From the NCBI GenBank assembly GCA_013239625.1, contig MU054098.1, forward strand, positions 2,977,104-3,041,103: 64,000 nucleotides of DNA, written 5' to 3'. The translations under genes and the position numbers were made by a program. This DNA is from Lama guanicoe. Taxonomy: Eukaryota. Below the pieces are notes generated by a model. That model did no database searches and was not told the DNA's origin. It was given only the letters and a program-made list of their open reading frames with translations. Shown piece after piece: positions 1 to 13,860 of the stretch (position 1 is its first letter; each line of letters begins with the position of its first letter).

Positions 1-1884
1 CCAGGTCCCAAGAGGAGAGGGACTAAATCAGGAGGTGGAGGGCACGGGACGGGCTTCATCTACACAGAAGTACACTAGCCAGGAGCTATGCATGCTACTT
101 AGGAGCACGGGATTGGAAGGCAGAGTGTCTAGGTCCAAACTTTGGTTCTTATCCTGCCAGCTGTGTAGCCTCTCCGTGCATGCCTCAGTTACGTTGCCTC
201 TAAAATGGGGATAATAATAATAATAATAACCTTCTTTATAGGCTTTTTGTTCTTTTGCTTGTTTTTTTTTTGACAGATTCAACATATTATTGTTTATAAA
301 GCAGTTAGAACTGGGCTGAACATATACTAAAGCACTCAGCAACTATTAGCTGTAACTCTTATTTTCCCTTCCCTGTTCCCTACTTGTAGCCAAGTCATGA
401 TGAAGTGGATCACAGACCATCCCTCAGCCAGCTGTGTCCTTCTAAGCCTGGAGCTTGTCTGCCCTTTGGGAGTGTGTTGTCCTCTCACCCCCAGACCCTC
501 TCCCTCCCCAGCAATCCAGTTGCTATGGATGTTGCTTTAGTCTGCCTTCTAGGGGATAGGCAGGAGGATTTCTTCCCAATTCCCAAGCTGCCCTGGTGAA
601 GGGCCATGGAATCTTCTAAAGGTTTCTCTCCAGGGATTGTTGGCTCAGCCTCAGCCCAGTGTAATCAGCCCTGAAGCCTTGAAGACTTCTGTAAGTGTTG
701 CCCGTGTTAGTTCCAACACTGTCATTCTTGCAGGCGTAAGGCCCTGTGGTCTACTTCACACAGAGGACAGAATGGTCTAGACTGAGGGTGGGCATAGTTG
801 AGAACAGCAGGAAATGCCAGAGGGAGCCTAGGAGGAGGCTATAGCCCCTACGGGCTGGGGGGAGGCCCTCCATGTCTCCAGCAAGAGCGGACACCCACCA
901 ATGCAACCCTCCAAAGAGGTTACCTCAGGAGGTTAATCAGCCTAAGGGAATAAGAGAGTCTCAAATCAATGAAAACTCCAGCAGAGGGAAGAGCAAAAAC
1001 AGTTGAGAGATCCAGGCCAACTTTGAAGAAGCAGAGGATTAAAAATAGCTAAACTTTTTTTTCTTTTGGTGGGAGGGGGGATTAGGAGGGTGCTGGAGCT
1101 GGACAGGAAGCAAGAACCATTTGTTCTGCCTGCTCCAGGAAGAGGCAAGTGGGTGTGAATTCAATTTTCTGGATCACTGCCTGAGGTGCTCACATATCAC
1201 CACAGATCAAGGATCGCCTAGCCACAGAACCCTCTTTGTGGCGGGCACTCTCTCCTTGCCCCGCCTCCCTGCCCTGCGCTCTGTCTGCAGCTGTTGCAAC
1301 TTGGGGTCTTCCCTGGGCATGTCCCCTTGCAGGATTCAGTGGCACCATGGTGGGTAACACTTGGAGAATTCACATAGGGTCCCTACACACTGAACGTAGC
1401 TCTAGATCGGACATTGGAAGTGCAGGGTGGCAGCATAGCCCTGGCCCACCCCAGCCATCAGTCAGCTCAGAGGACTCCAGAGGAGCTTGGAGCTGAGCAC
1501 TTGATTTGGGAAGAGGGGCATTATTCACCCCACCCAAAACCCTTTAAAGAGGCAGGTCTTCAGTAGACAGTTGTTTCACTTGGTGTTTGGTGGTTGGTCT
1601 GGAATAGGATGAGGCTGGGGCATGGACTAGCTCCAGAGGGTGTGGTAAAGGGAGGTGCTGCCAAGAAGACACTGGTTAGGAGGGAGCTGGGAGGGTAGAA
1701 ATCCCGACAAGGGGCTTGCCAAGTTGAGCCAGCCCTTAGGCTGTGGGATGTGGGAAGGAATTAAAGACAGGGAATTACTCTCTATTAGGTCCTTATTATT
1801 GTGTGTCAGGCAGAGTGCCAAGGCTTTCCTGTAATGATAATCGCTACCTTTGAATGAGCATCTACTGTGTATCAGACCTTTTCT

Positions 1885-2392
1885 TTTTTAAAAATTTATT
1901 TTTAAATTAAAGTATAGTTGATTTACAATGTTGTGTTAGTTTCAGGTGTACAGCAAAGTGATTCAGTTATACATATATATACATATATATAATTTTTCAT
2001 ATTCTTTTCCATTACAGGTTATTGCAAGATATTAAATATAGTTTCTTGTGTTATATAGTAGGTCCTTGATGTTTATTTATTTTATATACAGTAGTTTTTA
2101 TCTCAAATGAACTTATTTACAAAACAGAAACAGACTCACAAACATAGAAAACAAACATGGATACTGAAGGGGGATGTAGGGGAGGGAGAAACTGGGAGTT
2201 TGGGGTTAGCAGATATAAACTATATGTATATAACTGAATCACTATGCTGTACACCAGAAACAAACACAACATTGTAAATCAACTATCCTTTCATAAAAAA
2301 AAATAGTAGTTTGTTATCTGTTAATCCCAAATTCATGATTTATCCTTCCCTCCCCATTCCCCTTTGGTAATCATAAGTTTGTTTTCTATTTT
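1885..2392. mobile_element. Minus-strand L1 3' end interrupted by a plus-strand L1 3' end (~2101-2303)
   Basis: The minus-strand L1 3'UTR text resumes after the A-tail at ~2303, and AGTAGTTT occurs on both sides of the insert. Confidence 0.75.
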
Positions 2393-2625
2393 CAGACAAT
2401 TTCTGTACATGATTTCACTTAATTTTCACAACTACTCTTTGAGTTTGGCATTATTATCTCCAGTTTTAAATTCGGCAACAGAAGCTCAGAAGAGTTAAGT
2501 GACTTGCTCAGAGTAGCACAGCTGTTGCAGAACTGAGATATGAATCTAGTCCTGACTGACTTTGAAGCTGGGGCTCATTAGACTACACAGACATTCCTCA
2601 GTGTAAACTCCTCAGAATCTTTATT

Positions 2626-2863
2626 TTTTTCATTTTTATTAATTTTTAAAACATTTTTTATTGATTTATAATCATTTTACAATGTTGTGTCAAATTCCAG
2701 TGTAGAGCACAATTTTTCAGTTATACATGAACATATGTATATTCATTGTCACATTTTTTTCTCTGTGAGCTACCATAAGATCTTGTGTATATTTCCCTGT
2801 GCTATACAGTATAATCTTATCTATTCTACAATTTTGAAATCCCGTCTATCCCTGCCCACCCCT
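2626..2863 (-). mobile_element. Young L1 3' end with 14-bp TSD
   Basis: Reverse complement of the 3'UTR at ~11520-11750. TSD TCAGAATCTTTATT at 2612-2625 and 2864-2877. Confidence 0.92.
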
Positions 2864-2926
2864 TCAGAATCTTTATTGCAGGAAATGCTCTAGGGAAAAA
2901 GAATTTCTTGATTGGAATTTCTTGAT

Positions 2927-3371
2927 TGTATTTGTCAGGATAAGAGAGGATAAATATTGTAACAACCCCCAAATCTCAGTGGTTTAATGCAATCAACAAT
3001 TATTTTTTATCCTTATCACAGTCCAATGCTGCTTGGAAAGAGCAGACGTGGGCTGGGCTAGTGGGCTCCGATTTACACAGTCATCCAGCAACCCCAGCTC
3101 ATTTCATGGGGTAGCTTAGCCACCTTTATGTCCCTGGAGTTCTTTACTGGATCCTCTGCATTCTGCCAGCAGATGAGGGAAAAGAGGAAAGGTGGAGGAG
3201 GCACGCTCATTCTTAACTGCCTCACCCTGGATGGGACACACATCCCTCCTGCTCACATTCCAAAGGTAAGAACTGACCACCTCACTGCAAGGGAGCCTGG
3301 GAGATCTAATTTGGTGGTGGGCCCTTAGGAAAAGGAAATGGGTTTGGTGAGCATCTGAACAGTCTCTGCAA
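2927..3371. mobile_element. MaLR (MLT1-like) LTR
   Basis: TGTATTTGTCAGGATA...AACAACCCCCAAATCTCAGTGGTTTAA...CTCTGCAACA, typical MLT1 text. Confidence 0.65.
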
Positions 3372-5471
3372 CACGGATCCGATATGCTATAGTGCAACCT
3401 CCCAAAGTATCAGCTCTGCTAATTATAGCTTGTGACCTTGGATGAAGTTACTGGACCTCTCTGTGCCTCAATTCCCTTATCTCTAGAATGAAGAGAACAG
3501 TAGCATCTATCTGATGTGACAATGGTTACATGAGGATTAATACATGTGAAGCTGTATCAATGAATTAAGCTTCTGACTTAGCTCAGAGCCTAGCACACAG
3601 TAAGTGCTTGATAAATGCCATCTAGCCGCAAACTCTACTTCCCCCATCTTTTAGAGACCATAAGGCACATTAGCATATTGGAGGTTCTGAGAAGTCTCAA
3701 AGTAGAAACATTTTTTATTTTTAGCCTTGGTTAACCCAGTCTTTTGCAAGCAGATTTCTCCTCCGAGCCACCTTTCAGCATCCAGTGGAACTGGCATTCT
3801 CTGAAACATGCTTTGGGGAACTCCACTCTCCTTCCAGTGAGGGACTCTAATAAACTGTGTCAGTGCTTTGGGGATGTTTCCACTTGATGTTATTGATACT
3901 TTCTCTCCTATTCATTATCTCCCATTTGGAGGGAGGTGGGGATGAAAGGAGGTTCTTTTTTTAAAAAAATGCCAGCTTGTGTCCTCTGAGCTGCTTGGGA
4001 CAGGGAAAGAGGCATTGTGTCTTTGTTGGGGCCAGGGATTTCTAAGAGGAGGAGCAGAAATGGGACTGGTGGGTCTGGTGGCTGTGGGATAAACAAGATG
4101 ATGGACATCCAGATGGACCAAGTCAGCACTCCACTCTAACCTTCCGGGTCAAAGCTTGGAGGATCAAATCTCAAGAATATCATGGATCACTCCAATGATT
4201 CTATTCCCCTCTTAAATCTGAGTAGAGATGGGAAATGTTCTCTGATTACCTAATGAAGGCCCGCTGGGAACAAGGCATCACACTGAGCTGGGGCTTTGTG
4301 GGGAGAGGATACCTAGACCTTACAGCCTTTACATGTGGGCTATACATAGCACACTCTCTACCTCTGCCGGCCACAGTACCCGTGTGGGATAGGCTCTGAA
4401 TATGGTCTTGGGCAGTTCATAAAGCCACTTTTCTAACAGATTCTCAGGAGGGAGCCACTGTATCTGAAACAGTTTGGCCCCTGTTTGTCCTTTCCCAAGA
4501 CCCCAGACCCTACTCCTTGGTCCCATCTCTCTGGCTTCCTCTGTTGCCTGCTGGCCTTAGGAAGGAGCTCCTTTCATCCCATCTGAAAGCAGAGGGGACT
4601 GGGAGCAACTTCAGCTCTACTCTTACTGCCGTAAGCTGCCACCTGCTTACCACGCCACCCCCAAATGAAAGTATGATCCAAATCAAGTACCTTTAAGCAG
4701 ATGCAGCCTCCAGGCAAACTCCCCTGCTCCCATAACACACATTTCAGATCACTGTCCCTAAACCCCTGCTGCCTCAAAATGGCTGATGCTTTATTCCTTG
4801 CCTCCCTCGTTTCCTCCCTCCTCACCACCCCTTGGGATTTTCTTAGCTGGTAATTATCCGAGAGCAGACATGCCTAGGTCAATGAATGCTCATCCTTCTC
4901 CATCTGACAGCTCTCATGGCTGTGCCTCACGCCCACATCAGCCAGCACAGCTGCCTCTCCCCGCAAGAGTGCTTCCTTTAGCATCTCAACACATGGCACC
5001 AGATGGGAGGGAGAGAAGAGGAGGCTGGAGGCAGTCTCGTGGGGGAGTCTAAGGTAAGCTCCCCAGGGCAGAAGCCATATCTCATATCTTCTGAACCCCC
5101 TCCTGCATCCCCTGTGCCCAGCACAAGGTGAATAGGAGGCTGACAGCAGTAAGAATTCACTTCATCCTTGCTGGGCAACTGATGCCCCTGCTGATTCTCC
5201 GCTGTCAGCACTAAACAGTCAGAAGCCCGGCAGTGACAGCTCTGGCTCCTCCCTTCACGCGTCCTCACAACCCCCGCGCTGAGTTAGCAGCCTCACTAGG
5301 CTGGCTTGGGCAGCCTGCAAGTTCCTCAGCCCCTGAGCCTTGAAGGGGCCTGAAGAAAGAGGTTGGCCTGGTTTTGTTCCGTACAGAAATGGTTGGGTGA
5401 TTCACGTAACCAGTGCAGGCCCCAGGGCAAATCACAGGACAAATTAATATAGATCACAACCCATCCAACCA

Positions 5472-5526
5472 CAACACACACACACACACACGCACACGCA
5501 CACGCACATGCACACACACACACACA
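5472..5526. repeat. (CA)n/(CACACG)n microsatellite
   Basis: Seen directly in the sequence. Confidence 0.95.
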
Positions 5527-6137
5527 ATTTGGTGAGCAACTATTGTGTGCAAATTAATGACAGCATTCAAAATGGTTGAGGATAATCATGGAAGGGATGA
5601 TAAACCGATATGTCGACCAAGAGTAGGATGCAGCCTATTGGAAAATGGAATTTTCTTTAGAGTCATTGCCAGGAACCTAATAGAATCTCCCTTTATTAAA
5701 AGCAGTGTGACATACTACAAAGAACAAATCCTGGGTTTTCGTGTGGGTTTCTCTGCTTACTAACTGGGTAGTCTCGGGAAAGTTATTTAAATTCTCAGAG
5801 CCTTAATTTCATTATCTGCAAAATGATGATAGCAATTTCTTCCTTGTGGGATGAAAGTGAGATAACGTAGGTATTATTGATGCGAAAGGAGAATGCACAC
5901 CCTGAGGAACCATGGGGTACTTCAGGATTAGGACTTAGGTGTTCTTGGAGAAGGTTTAAGGAAGTGGGGCTTTGCTCTGGATCGGATGCTGTCAGGAAGC
6001 AGGAGTAATTCTATAATTGTGTATCTCAAAAAATCTTATCTAAAAAGGTGATTAGAGTAAAGATAAAGATGTAATTAAAGAAGCAGCGGTTGCTCATATT
6101 AGTCAGGATAGTGGTGATTTTGGTCATTTCTATGGTT

Positions 6138-6612
6138 TATTTTTTATTTAAGAATAGTTGATTTACAGTGTTGTGTTAGTTTCTGGTGTACAGCACAGTG
6201 ATTCAGTTATACATATATATATTCCTTTTCATATTCTTTTTCATTATAGGCTATTACAAGATATTGAATATAGTTCCCTGTGTTATATAGTAGAACACAG
6301 TGATTCAGTTATACATATATATATTCCTTTTCATATTCTTTTTCATTATAGGCTATTACAAGATATTGAATATAGTTCCCTGTGTTATATAGTAGAAACT
6401 TGGTGTTTATCTATTTTATATATAGTAGTTAGTATCTGCAAATCCTGAACTCCCAGTTTATCCCTAACCCCTCCTTTCCTCCTGGTAACCACAAGTTTGT
6501 TTTTTACATCTGTGAGTCTGTTTTTGTTTTGTAAATAAGTTTGTCTCATTTTTTAAGATTCCACATATAAGATATCATATGGTATTTTTCTTTCTCTTTC
6601 TGGCTTACTGGC
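6138..6612 (-). mobile_element. L1 3' end containing a perfect 102-bp tandem duplication
   Basis: Typical antisense L1 3'UTR text; 6194-6295 is identical to 6296-6397. Confidence 0.85.
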
Positions 6613-9173
6613 TTACTATGGTTTAGATAATGTTCATGTTTTGTATCTGTTCAGATCTGAGTACACAGTGGTCTTTTCAGTCTAATGCTCTCCCACTGTG
6701 CTATTTTGGCCCCCACAATGGTCTTTCTTGGTTTTGATCCATCATGGTCACAGAATAGCCTTGTCTGATTTTGATGTTCTGTGAAATTGTTTAGCAGGAG
6801 AACAGCAAGGCCCAACTGATAGTACCAGGCCAGGTTCTGGCTGTCAGGTGCTCTTTGTTTTTTTTTTTCAGTTAGTGCCTCTCTTACAGCCATGCGCAGA
6901 CAAAGTCAAGTTGCTGGACAGTAATCAGTGATATCCAGAGTTTCAGTTTGGCTGAGATTTTGCTGATCAGGAGGTTGTCTGGATAATGAAGCCTGCAGAA
7001 GGAATAGGGTTAGTCTATTCTCCTGCAGGATGAGTTGTTGAGTTCTCCAATGTGACAATGGTTGTACAGTAGCATTTCAAACCCTACACAGGCTACATTA
7101 GCCAACTGGAATACTAAAAATTATCAGAAGCACAATGACAATTAGTCAAGGAAACAAGTGGCTTTTTTCCTCCACCTGTTTTACTTATCTTGTAATTTGT
7201 AGGCATAGCAAGAAGTATTTGCTATAGCATATGATTCCCCTTGACCAGTTAAGAGAAAATGAAGGGTAATGTGATTGTTTACAACAGCCCTGACTCCTGA
7301 ATTTTGACTAGTTTGTTAGGCTTTCAGAGTAGAGGTCATATTATTTAATACTTTGTTTAGGGTCAGAAACAAGTTTTGGACCATCTTTGCCAGTTGTATT
7401 ATTTCTAATGTGGGAATCACAACTCCAATAGTTTACCTAAGAGGCAGTCAGTTATCCCTTCTGGGAGTTCTCCAAAGTAGCTTGTGTATGCCTCATTTTG
7501 GAGGTAATTGGGTAATTTGGGGGTAATTTAAAAATTATCTCTAAAGAAACAAGATCCTCTGGAGGAGTGGCAATTTTAAGTATCTGGAAATCTCTAAAAA
7601 TTATCCTGAATGCTCATGATAAGTTACTGTGACGTTTGATGTCCACATATGAAGTAATACCCTAGTGGGGCACAGACGGTATTGGGCGCAAAAGTATCAT
7701 TTGTGACAATAGCAGTGAGCCCATTTTCTATCCTTCTAAGTTAACAGAGTTTTTTTTTAAGTCAGGTTAAACAGTTCTTGCAAAGCAGGTTGAAGTGTCT
7801 CTGAAGGCCTGTATAGGATAAAGAGAATTCCCTGACAGAAAGAAGCAATTGTAGGTTTTTCATTCTTCAAGTAAATTGAGAAGCCTGACTGGGTTTTGAG
7901 TGTTACAGCTACAGACAGTGTGACGGGGAAAGCAGTATTTCCTAGGAGGTTATGTTTTTTTTCTCAATAAAAGAAAACAGCACATCAATGGGGAACCACT
8001 GAGTTTAATGGCAATCTAGAACTAAGCTAATTTAAATTTTGACATGTTTTGCTATTGCTGTTATAGCTCTTAGACAAGGTGCTATGCCTCAGTTACTGGA
8101 TTATAAGGAAAGACCAAAATAAGAAATAATACCTCTGAATATTCCTGTGGAATTAAGCTAGGAGCCCTAGTACCTATCCAGAAACTTTATGGACAAAAAG
8201 GGAGAAAGAATATGCGAATCTAGAACCTGGGAAAAATCTTTTGGCAGATAGGTATTGAGGTATTGTATCAGTCTTTGTGCTTAAATATTAGCATGTTTCC
8301 TTTAACTTGAAAGTTATTCAACGTAGAAACAGATCTGCATTTGCATATTTTACATATCTGGAAGATAAACTCTGTTTTTAATTTGTCAGATTATTTTTAA
8401 TGCTAAGTTTTGGAGACAAAGTTCTCCTGACAGTTTGACAATTAAAAGTTGGAGAAATTTAGACAAACCTAATTATCCTTATTGTCCTTTCTTTTATAGG
8501 GTGAGTGGGCAAATCTTTTCATTACTTAATGGCCATTTTAGGAAACCCAAAGATTGTTTAGACATAGAAGACATTTTAATAGTTTTATTATTCTGCATTT
8601 GGGGAAGGCAAAATTGAGAATAAGTGTTAGAAGAGACAAGGTATAAGTCATAAATATCTAAATCAAAAAATATTTATAGTTAGCATACAAAATTACCCAG
8701 TGATAAACAACAACATCAATTAGGAAATTAACTTTTTAAAAAAATAAGCAATCTTTAAAACATGATTTCAGAATATGACACAAAGGTCTGAGAGTTAATA
8801 ATAATTTGGTGACAAAAAGGAACCTCTGTCATAGCAAAGTGTTACAGTAACCTGAATCCCGGTGAGAGACCAAGCGACACTCAGAGGGTTGGAGAACTCA
8901 GGTTTATTATGCCGGTAATAAAAGAGGAGTTAACACTTCAAGCTCTGGACCCCGTCTGTAGGTTTACACAGGCTTTTATAGAGTTTTAGGTTTCCATTTT
9001 CATGCCATACTCAAATGAAGTGTTAGAAATGGATCAATCAAGAGCGAGCTTTATGCAAATGAGGTGTTAGAAATGGACCGATCAGGAGTGAGTTTTGGGA
9101 ACCAACAGAATCTTAGGGGTAAATTTCATTTTCCTAGAAGCAAGCTGCTTTACAGAAGCACAAAAGTGAGATA

Positions 9174-11432
9174 ATGCTGATACCAAAACCAGGCAAAGAC
9201 ACTACAAAAAAAGAGAATTATAGGCCAATATCACTGATGAACATAGACGCCAAAATCCTCACCAAAATTTTAGCAAATAGAATCCAACAACACACAAAAA
9301 AGATTATACATCATGACCAAGTGGGGTTCATCCCAGGGACACAAGGCTGGTTCAACATACGCAAATCAATCAATGCAATACATCACATCAACAAGAGAAA
9401 GGACAAAAACCACATGATCATCTCAATCGATGCAGAAAAAGCATTTGATAAAATTCAACACCCATTTATGATAAAAACTCTCGCCAAAGTGGGTATAGAG
9501 GGGACATATCTCAACATAATAAAAGCTATATATGACAAACCTACAGCCAGCATAGTTCTCAACGGTGAAAAACTCAAAAGCTTCCCACTAAAATCTGGGA
9601 CAAGACAAGGATGCCCACTATCACCACTCCTATTCAACATAGTCCTGGAAGTCCTAGCCACAGCAATCAGGCAAGAGAAAGAAATAAAAGGGATCCAAAT
9701 TGGAAAAGAAGAGGTAAAAGTGTCATTATATGCTGATGACATGTTACTATATATAGAAAACCCTAAAAGGTCCACACAAAAGCTACTAGAGCTGATTGAA
9801 GAATTCAGCAAGGTAGCAGGTTACAAAATTAATGTTCAAAAATCAGTTGCATTTCTTTACACTAACGATAAATCAACAGAAAAAGAAAGTAAAGAAACAA
9901 TCCCCTTTAAAATAGCACCCAAAGTAATAAAATATCTGGGAATAAATCTAACCAAGGAGGTGAAAGAATTATACACAGAAAACTATAAACCATTGATGAA
10001 GGAAATTAAAGAAGACTTTAAAAAATGGAAAGATATTCCATGCTCTTGGATTGGAAGAATCAATATTGTTAAAATGGTCACACTGCCCAAGGCAATCTAC
10101 AGATTTAATGCAATCCCTATCCAATTACCCAGGACATATTTCACAGAACTAGAACAAATCATAATAAAATTTATATGGAACCATCAAAGACCTAGAATTG
10201 CTAAAGCATTACTGAAGAGAAAGAAAGAGGCTGGAGGAATAACTCTCCCAGACTTCAGACAATACTATAGAGCTACAGTCATCAAGACAGCATGGTATTG
10301 GTACCAAAACAGACATATAGACCAATGGAACAGAATAGAGAGCCCAGAAATGAACCCACAAACTTTTGGTCAACTCATCTTCGACAAAGGAGGCAAGAAT
10401 ATACAATGGAATAAAGACAGTCTCTTCAGCAAATGGTGTTGGGAAAACTGGACAGCAGCATGTAAAACAATGAAGCTAGAACACACCCTTACACCATATA
10501 CAAAAATCAACTCAAAATGGATTAAAGACTTAAACATAAGACAAGATACAATAAACCTCCTAGAGGAAAACATAGGCAAAACATTATCTGACATACATTT
10601 CAAAAATTTTCTCCTAGAAGAAATAAAAGCAAGAATAAACAAATGGGACCTAATGAAACTTACAAGCTTCTGCAGAGCAAAGGAAACCAGAAATAAAACA
10701 AGAAGAAAACCTACGGAATGGGAGAAAATTTTTGCAAGTGAAACCGACAAAGGCTTGATCTCCAAAATATATAAGCAGCTCATACGACTCAATAAGAAAA
10801 AAATAAACAACCCAATCCAAAAATGGGCAGAAGACCTAAACAAGCAATTCTCCAAGGAAGACATACAAATGATCAAAAAGCACATGAAAAAATGTTCAAT
10901 ATCACTAATTATCAGAGAAATGCAAATCAAAACTACAATGAGGTATCACCTCACACCAGTCAGAATGGCCGTCATTCAAAAATCCAAAAATGACAAATGC
11001 TGGAGAGGCTGTGGAGAAAGGGGAACCCTCCTACACTGCTGGTGGGAATGCAGTTTGGTGCAGCCACTATGGAAAACAGTGTGGAGATTCCTCAAAAGAC
11101 TAGGAATAGACTTACCATATGACCCAGGAATCCCACTCCTGGGCTTGTACCCAGAAGGAAATCTACTTCAGGATGACACCTGCACCCCAATGTTCATAGC
11201 AGCACTATTTACAATAGCCAAAACATGGAAACAGCCTAAATGTCCATCAACAGGTGACTGGATAAAGAAGAGGTGGTATATTTATACAATGGAATACTAC
11301 TCAGCCATAAAAACCGACAACATAATGCCATTTGCAGCAACATGGATGCTCCTAGAGAATGTCATTCTAAGTGAAGTAAGCCAGAAAGAGAAAGAAAAAT
11401 ACCATATGAGATCGCTCATATGTGGAATCTAA
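9174..11432 (+). CDS. LINE-1 ORF2 fragment, 752 aa, endonuclease domain absent
   Basis: Motifs [22 protein letters not shown] (9729-9740), YLGI and the CCHC knuckle [18 protein letters not shown]; no stops. Expression is unproven. Confidence 0.8.
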   Translation: MLIPKPGKDTTKKENYRPISLMNIDAKILTKILANRIQQHTKKIIHHDQVGFIPGTQGWFNIRKSINAIHHINKRKDKNHMIISIDAEKAFDKIQHPFMIKTLAKVGIEGTYLNIIKAIYDKPTASIVLNGEKLKSFPLKSGTRQGCPLSPLLFNIVLEVLATAIRQEKEIKGIQIGKEEVKVSLYADDMLLYIENPKRSTQKLLELIEEFSKVAGYKINVQKSVAFLYTNDKSTEKESKETIPFKIAPKVIKYLGINLTKEVKELYTENYKPLMKEIKEDFKKWKDIPCSWIGRINIVKMVTLPKAIYRFNAIPIQLPRTYFTELEQIIIKFIWNHQRPRIAKALLKRKKEAGGITLPDFRQYYRATVIKTAWYWYQNRHIDQWNRIESPEMNPQTFGQLIFDKGGKNIQWNKDSLFSKWCWENWTAACKTMKLEHTLTPYTKINSKWIKDLNIRQDTINLLEENIGKTLSDIHFKNFLLEEIKARINKWDLMKLTSFCRAKETRNKTRRKPTEWEKIFASETDKGLISKIYKQLIRLNKKKINNPIQKWAEDLNKQFSKEDIQMIKKHMKKCSISLIIREMQIKTTMRYHLTPVRMAVIQKSKNDKCWRGCGERGTLLHCWWECSLVQPLWKTVWRFLKRLGIDLPYDPGIPLLGLYPEGNLLQDDTCTPMFIAALFTIAKTWKQPKCPSTGDWIKKRWYIYTMEYYSAIKTDNIMPFAATWMLLENVILSEVSQKEKEKYHMRSLICGI

Positions 11433-11760
11433 AAAACAAAAACAAACAAACAAACAAAAACAAAGCATAAATACAGGACAGAAATAGACTCATGGACAGA
11501 GAATACAGACTTGTGGTTACCGGGGGGGTAGAGGGTGGGAAGGGATAGACTGGGATTTCAAAATTGTAGAATAGATAAACAAGATTACACTGTATAGCAC
11601 AGGGAAATATACACAAAATGTTATGATAAATCACAGAGAAAAAAATGTGACAATGAGTGTGTATATGTCCATGAATGACTGAAAAATTGTGCTGAACACT
11701 GGAATTTGACACAACATTGTAAAATGATTATAAATCAATAAAAAATGTTAAAAAAAAAAA
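9177..11760 (+). mobile_element. Young 5'-truncated LINE-1 (ORF2 RT and C-terminal domains, 3'UTR, polyA) with 18-bp TSD
   Basis: Open ORF2 fragment, then AATAAA and an A-tail ending ~11760. TSD AAAAG(T/C)GAGATAATGCTG at 9162-9179 and 11758-11775. Confidence 0.97.
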
Positions 11761-11898
11761 AGCGAGATAATGCTGCCGGGCCAGGGAACTGGATGGCGCC
11801 GGCGGGAAAGTAGTGGCCCTGCCTGTGGGTCCTGCTGGTCTTTTCATAGGGCTTCCCACCTCACCTCTATTAATCTGCATAGAAAAACTTAGTCATTC

Positions 11899-12538
11899 TG
11901 ATTCAGGAAAAATGGATGTGGGGCGTGAGGAGGGCCGTGTCCCAGGCTTTGGTTGAGCCCCTGGGACATGCCCCGTCAAGTGTGGGTCTTTGGCTTTGCA
12001 AAGGAAAGTATTCAAGAGCCAGCCACAGTTGAGTAAAGGTAGATTTATTTAGAGAGATACATTGAAAGGCAAGAGAAAGGCCACGAGGTGTGGGGGTTGG
12101 GTATTCAGATTAGAGTAAAAGTAGTTATACACTCCATAGACAGAGTGCGTGCCATCCCTGAAGAGGAGGGAGAGAGAGAGAGCGGTGGCCACAAGGCCCC
12201 GTGTTGCCAGTTTTTATGGGCTCAGTGGTTTCATATGCTAGTGAGTGGAAGGACCAGTCTAGCTAGCCTGGGGAAGGGGCTGGGATTCCCAAGAAGTTGG
12301 CCATTTCTCACTCTGACCTTTTGTGGCTAGCCTTGGGACTCTCATGGCGCCTGTGGGCATGTTATTCACCATGTTAATATATTACAGTGGGCGTATAATG
12401 AAGCTCAAGGTCTACTAGAAGTCAAATCTCCCACCATCTTGAGCCTCAAGGCCTACTGGAGGTTGAATCTTTCACCATTCTGGTGTTAATTGCTGTATTA
12501 TTCCTTGAATGGCTGTGCCATGCCCCCTTCCTGTCTCA
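11899..12538 (-). mobile_element. Second ERV1-type solo LTR of a different family
   Basis: TG...CA ends, 4-bp TSD ATTC (11895-11898 and 12539-12542), minus-strand AATAAA at 12044-12049 and a TATA-like motif near 12212. Confidence 0.8.
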
Positions 12539-13777
12539 ATTCTACATAATAAAGATCCAAATTCTAATTTTACTCCTTTGATACATTATTCATGTAACAA
12601 TTTGTAATAAAGAATTTATTAATGTACCTTTATATATATGCACTTATGTATACACTGATATATAAATATGTAATAATCTCAAGCTTTTAGCTATAGGTTT
12701 AAATATAATTAGTATATGAAATAAAATTTATCATATTAAATAGCTATGACAGCTTTTTTAATAAGCAAGGTGAAAATAGTATCCATTATCTTACATATAT
12801 ACTTCTATTTATCTACAATTACTATGCCAAGTATAATTAACCATTTATATTAATTCTTATCTCCAATCAAAGCAACCAAATTTTCTTTCTTCAAATATAA
12901 GAGAAAACTGGAAAACAGAAAATAAATAATTGTTTAGCTAATTATTTTTTCCTCCATGAGCAATTATTTCATAACATTTAAACAGTTTTAGGAGGCAAAA
13001 AATATACCAAATCTCATCCAAAAGCTTTGGTATATTTTGTTAGTTGATTACCATTAAAAAATAAGAATATATCATATTATACAAACTATGTTTGTGTCTA
13101 GTTTGTGTTTTTCATTTTGGAACTCTCCAGACATCCAAAGATTATTTACAATAAACTTGGGTCTAAGGTTTTAAAATTAGCTAAGAATATGGAAATTACA
13201 ATTTAGCTCACACATTGAATTCTTACAATATATAGCATTTAAAAAATTTCATAAAATTAGGCTTTTGAAAAGATATCCATTATTATCACTCCAGTTGAAT
13301 ATAATTTATACATATACATATAATTTTAATTTAAATTAGTTATGGGAACAGTAGTAGCTTATTTAATTCATAACACTAATGTAGGAAATTAAGGAAGTTT
13401 GAATTATGAGACATTTAAACCTGGTTTTGAACAAACCAAGATAGCGTACTAAAGATACCAAATTATACCAAAATTCTTCTTTTATCTTGAAACTAAAGCC
13501 TCTTCTTATTTTTTAAAAGCTGTAGCAACAAGGCTATTAAGCTTTACAGTGTACACAAAAAGTGACACAGTTTAATAAACTCAAATTTTCTTTTAGACAA
13601 ATTTGACTTTATTTGGACTAAATATTCCTAGAGTGTATACAAGACAATGAAATTATTTTGTGATAAGTCAATATTTAAAGTTTTACAAGACAGGAAAAAG
13701 AGAGAGGAACAGAAAAAAATAAAAATGAAAGAGAGGGTCAGCTACAGCCAAATATGTAATTATCAACTGTAAACTGT

Positions 13778-13860
13778 TTTTTTTAATGGAGGTACTGGGG
13801 ATTGAACCCAGGATCTCGTGCATGTTAAGCACATGCTCTACCACTGAGCTATACCCTCCC
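13778..13860 (-). mobile_element. tRNA-derived SINE (Vic-1-like), short form
   Basis: Reverse complement of the 16001 element head, with A and B boxes and an A-tail. Confidence 0.85.

Larger units (their letters stand above)
8827..11863 (-). mobile_element. ERV1-type solo LTR split by the L1 (8827-9179 and 11761-11863)
   Basis: TG...CA ends with flanking 4-bp CCTC duplication (8823-8826 and 11864-11867). Minus-strand AATAAA (8903-8908) and TATAAAA (8974-8980). Homologous to the uninterrupted copy at 50451-50870. Confidence 0.8.

Noticed and set aside
1..5800. Exons of neighbouring genes such as GLRA4 or TMEM31
   Set aside because: No recognisable coding exon found; any such genes lie outside the window or are not detectable by eye.
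6158..6448. ORF with a repeated 34-aa unit
   Set aside because: By-product of the 102-bp duplication in L1 3'UTR sequence.
9010..9105. Spaced direct repeats (also 50625-50745) as a CRISPR-like array
   Set aside because: Only two imperfect units, which are CCAAT-containing LTR U3 enhancer repeats in a mammalian genome.
9455..10930. Antisense ORFs of 118, 65 and 186 aa
   Set aside because: Shadow frames opposite L1 ORF2.
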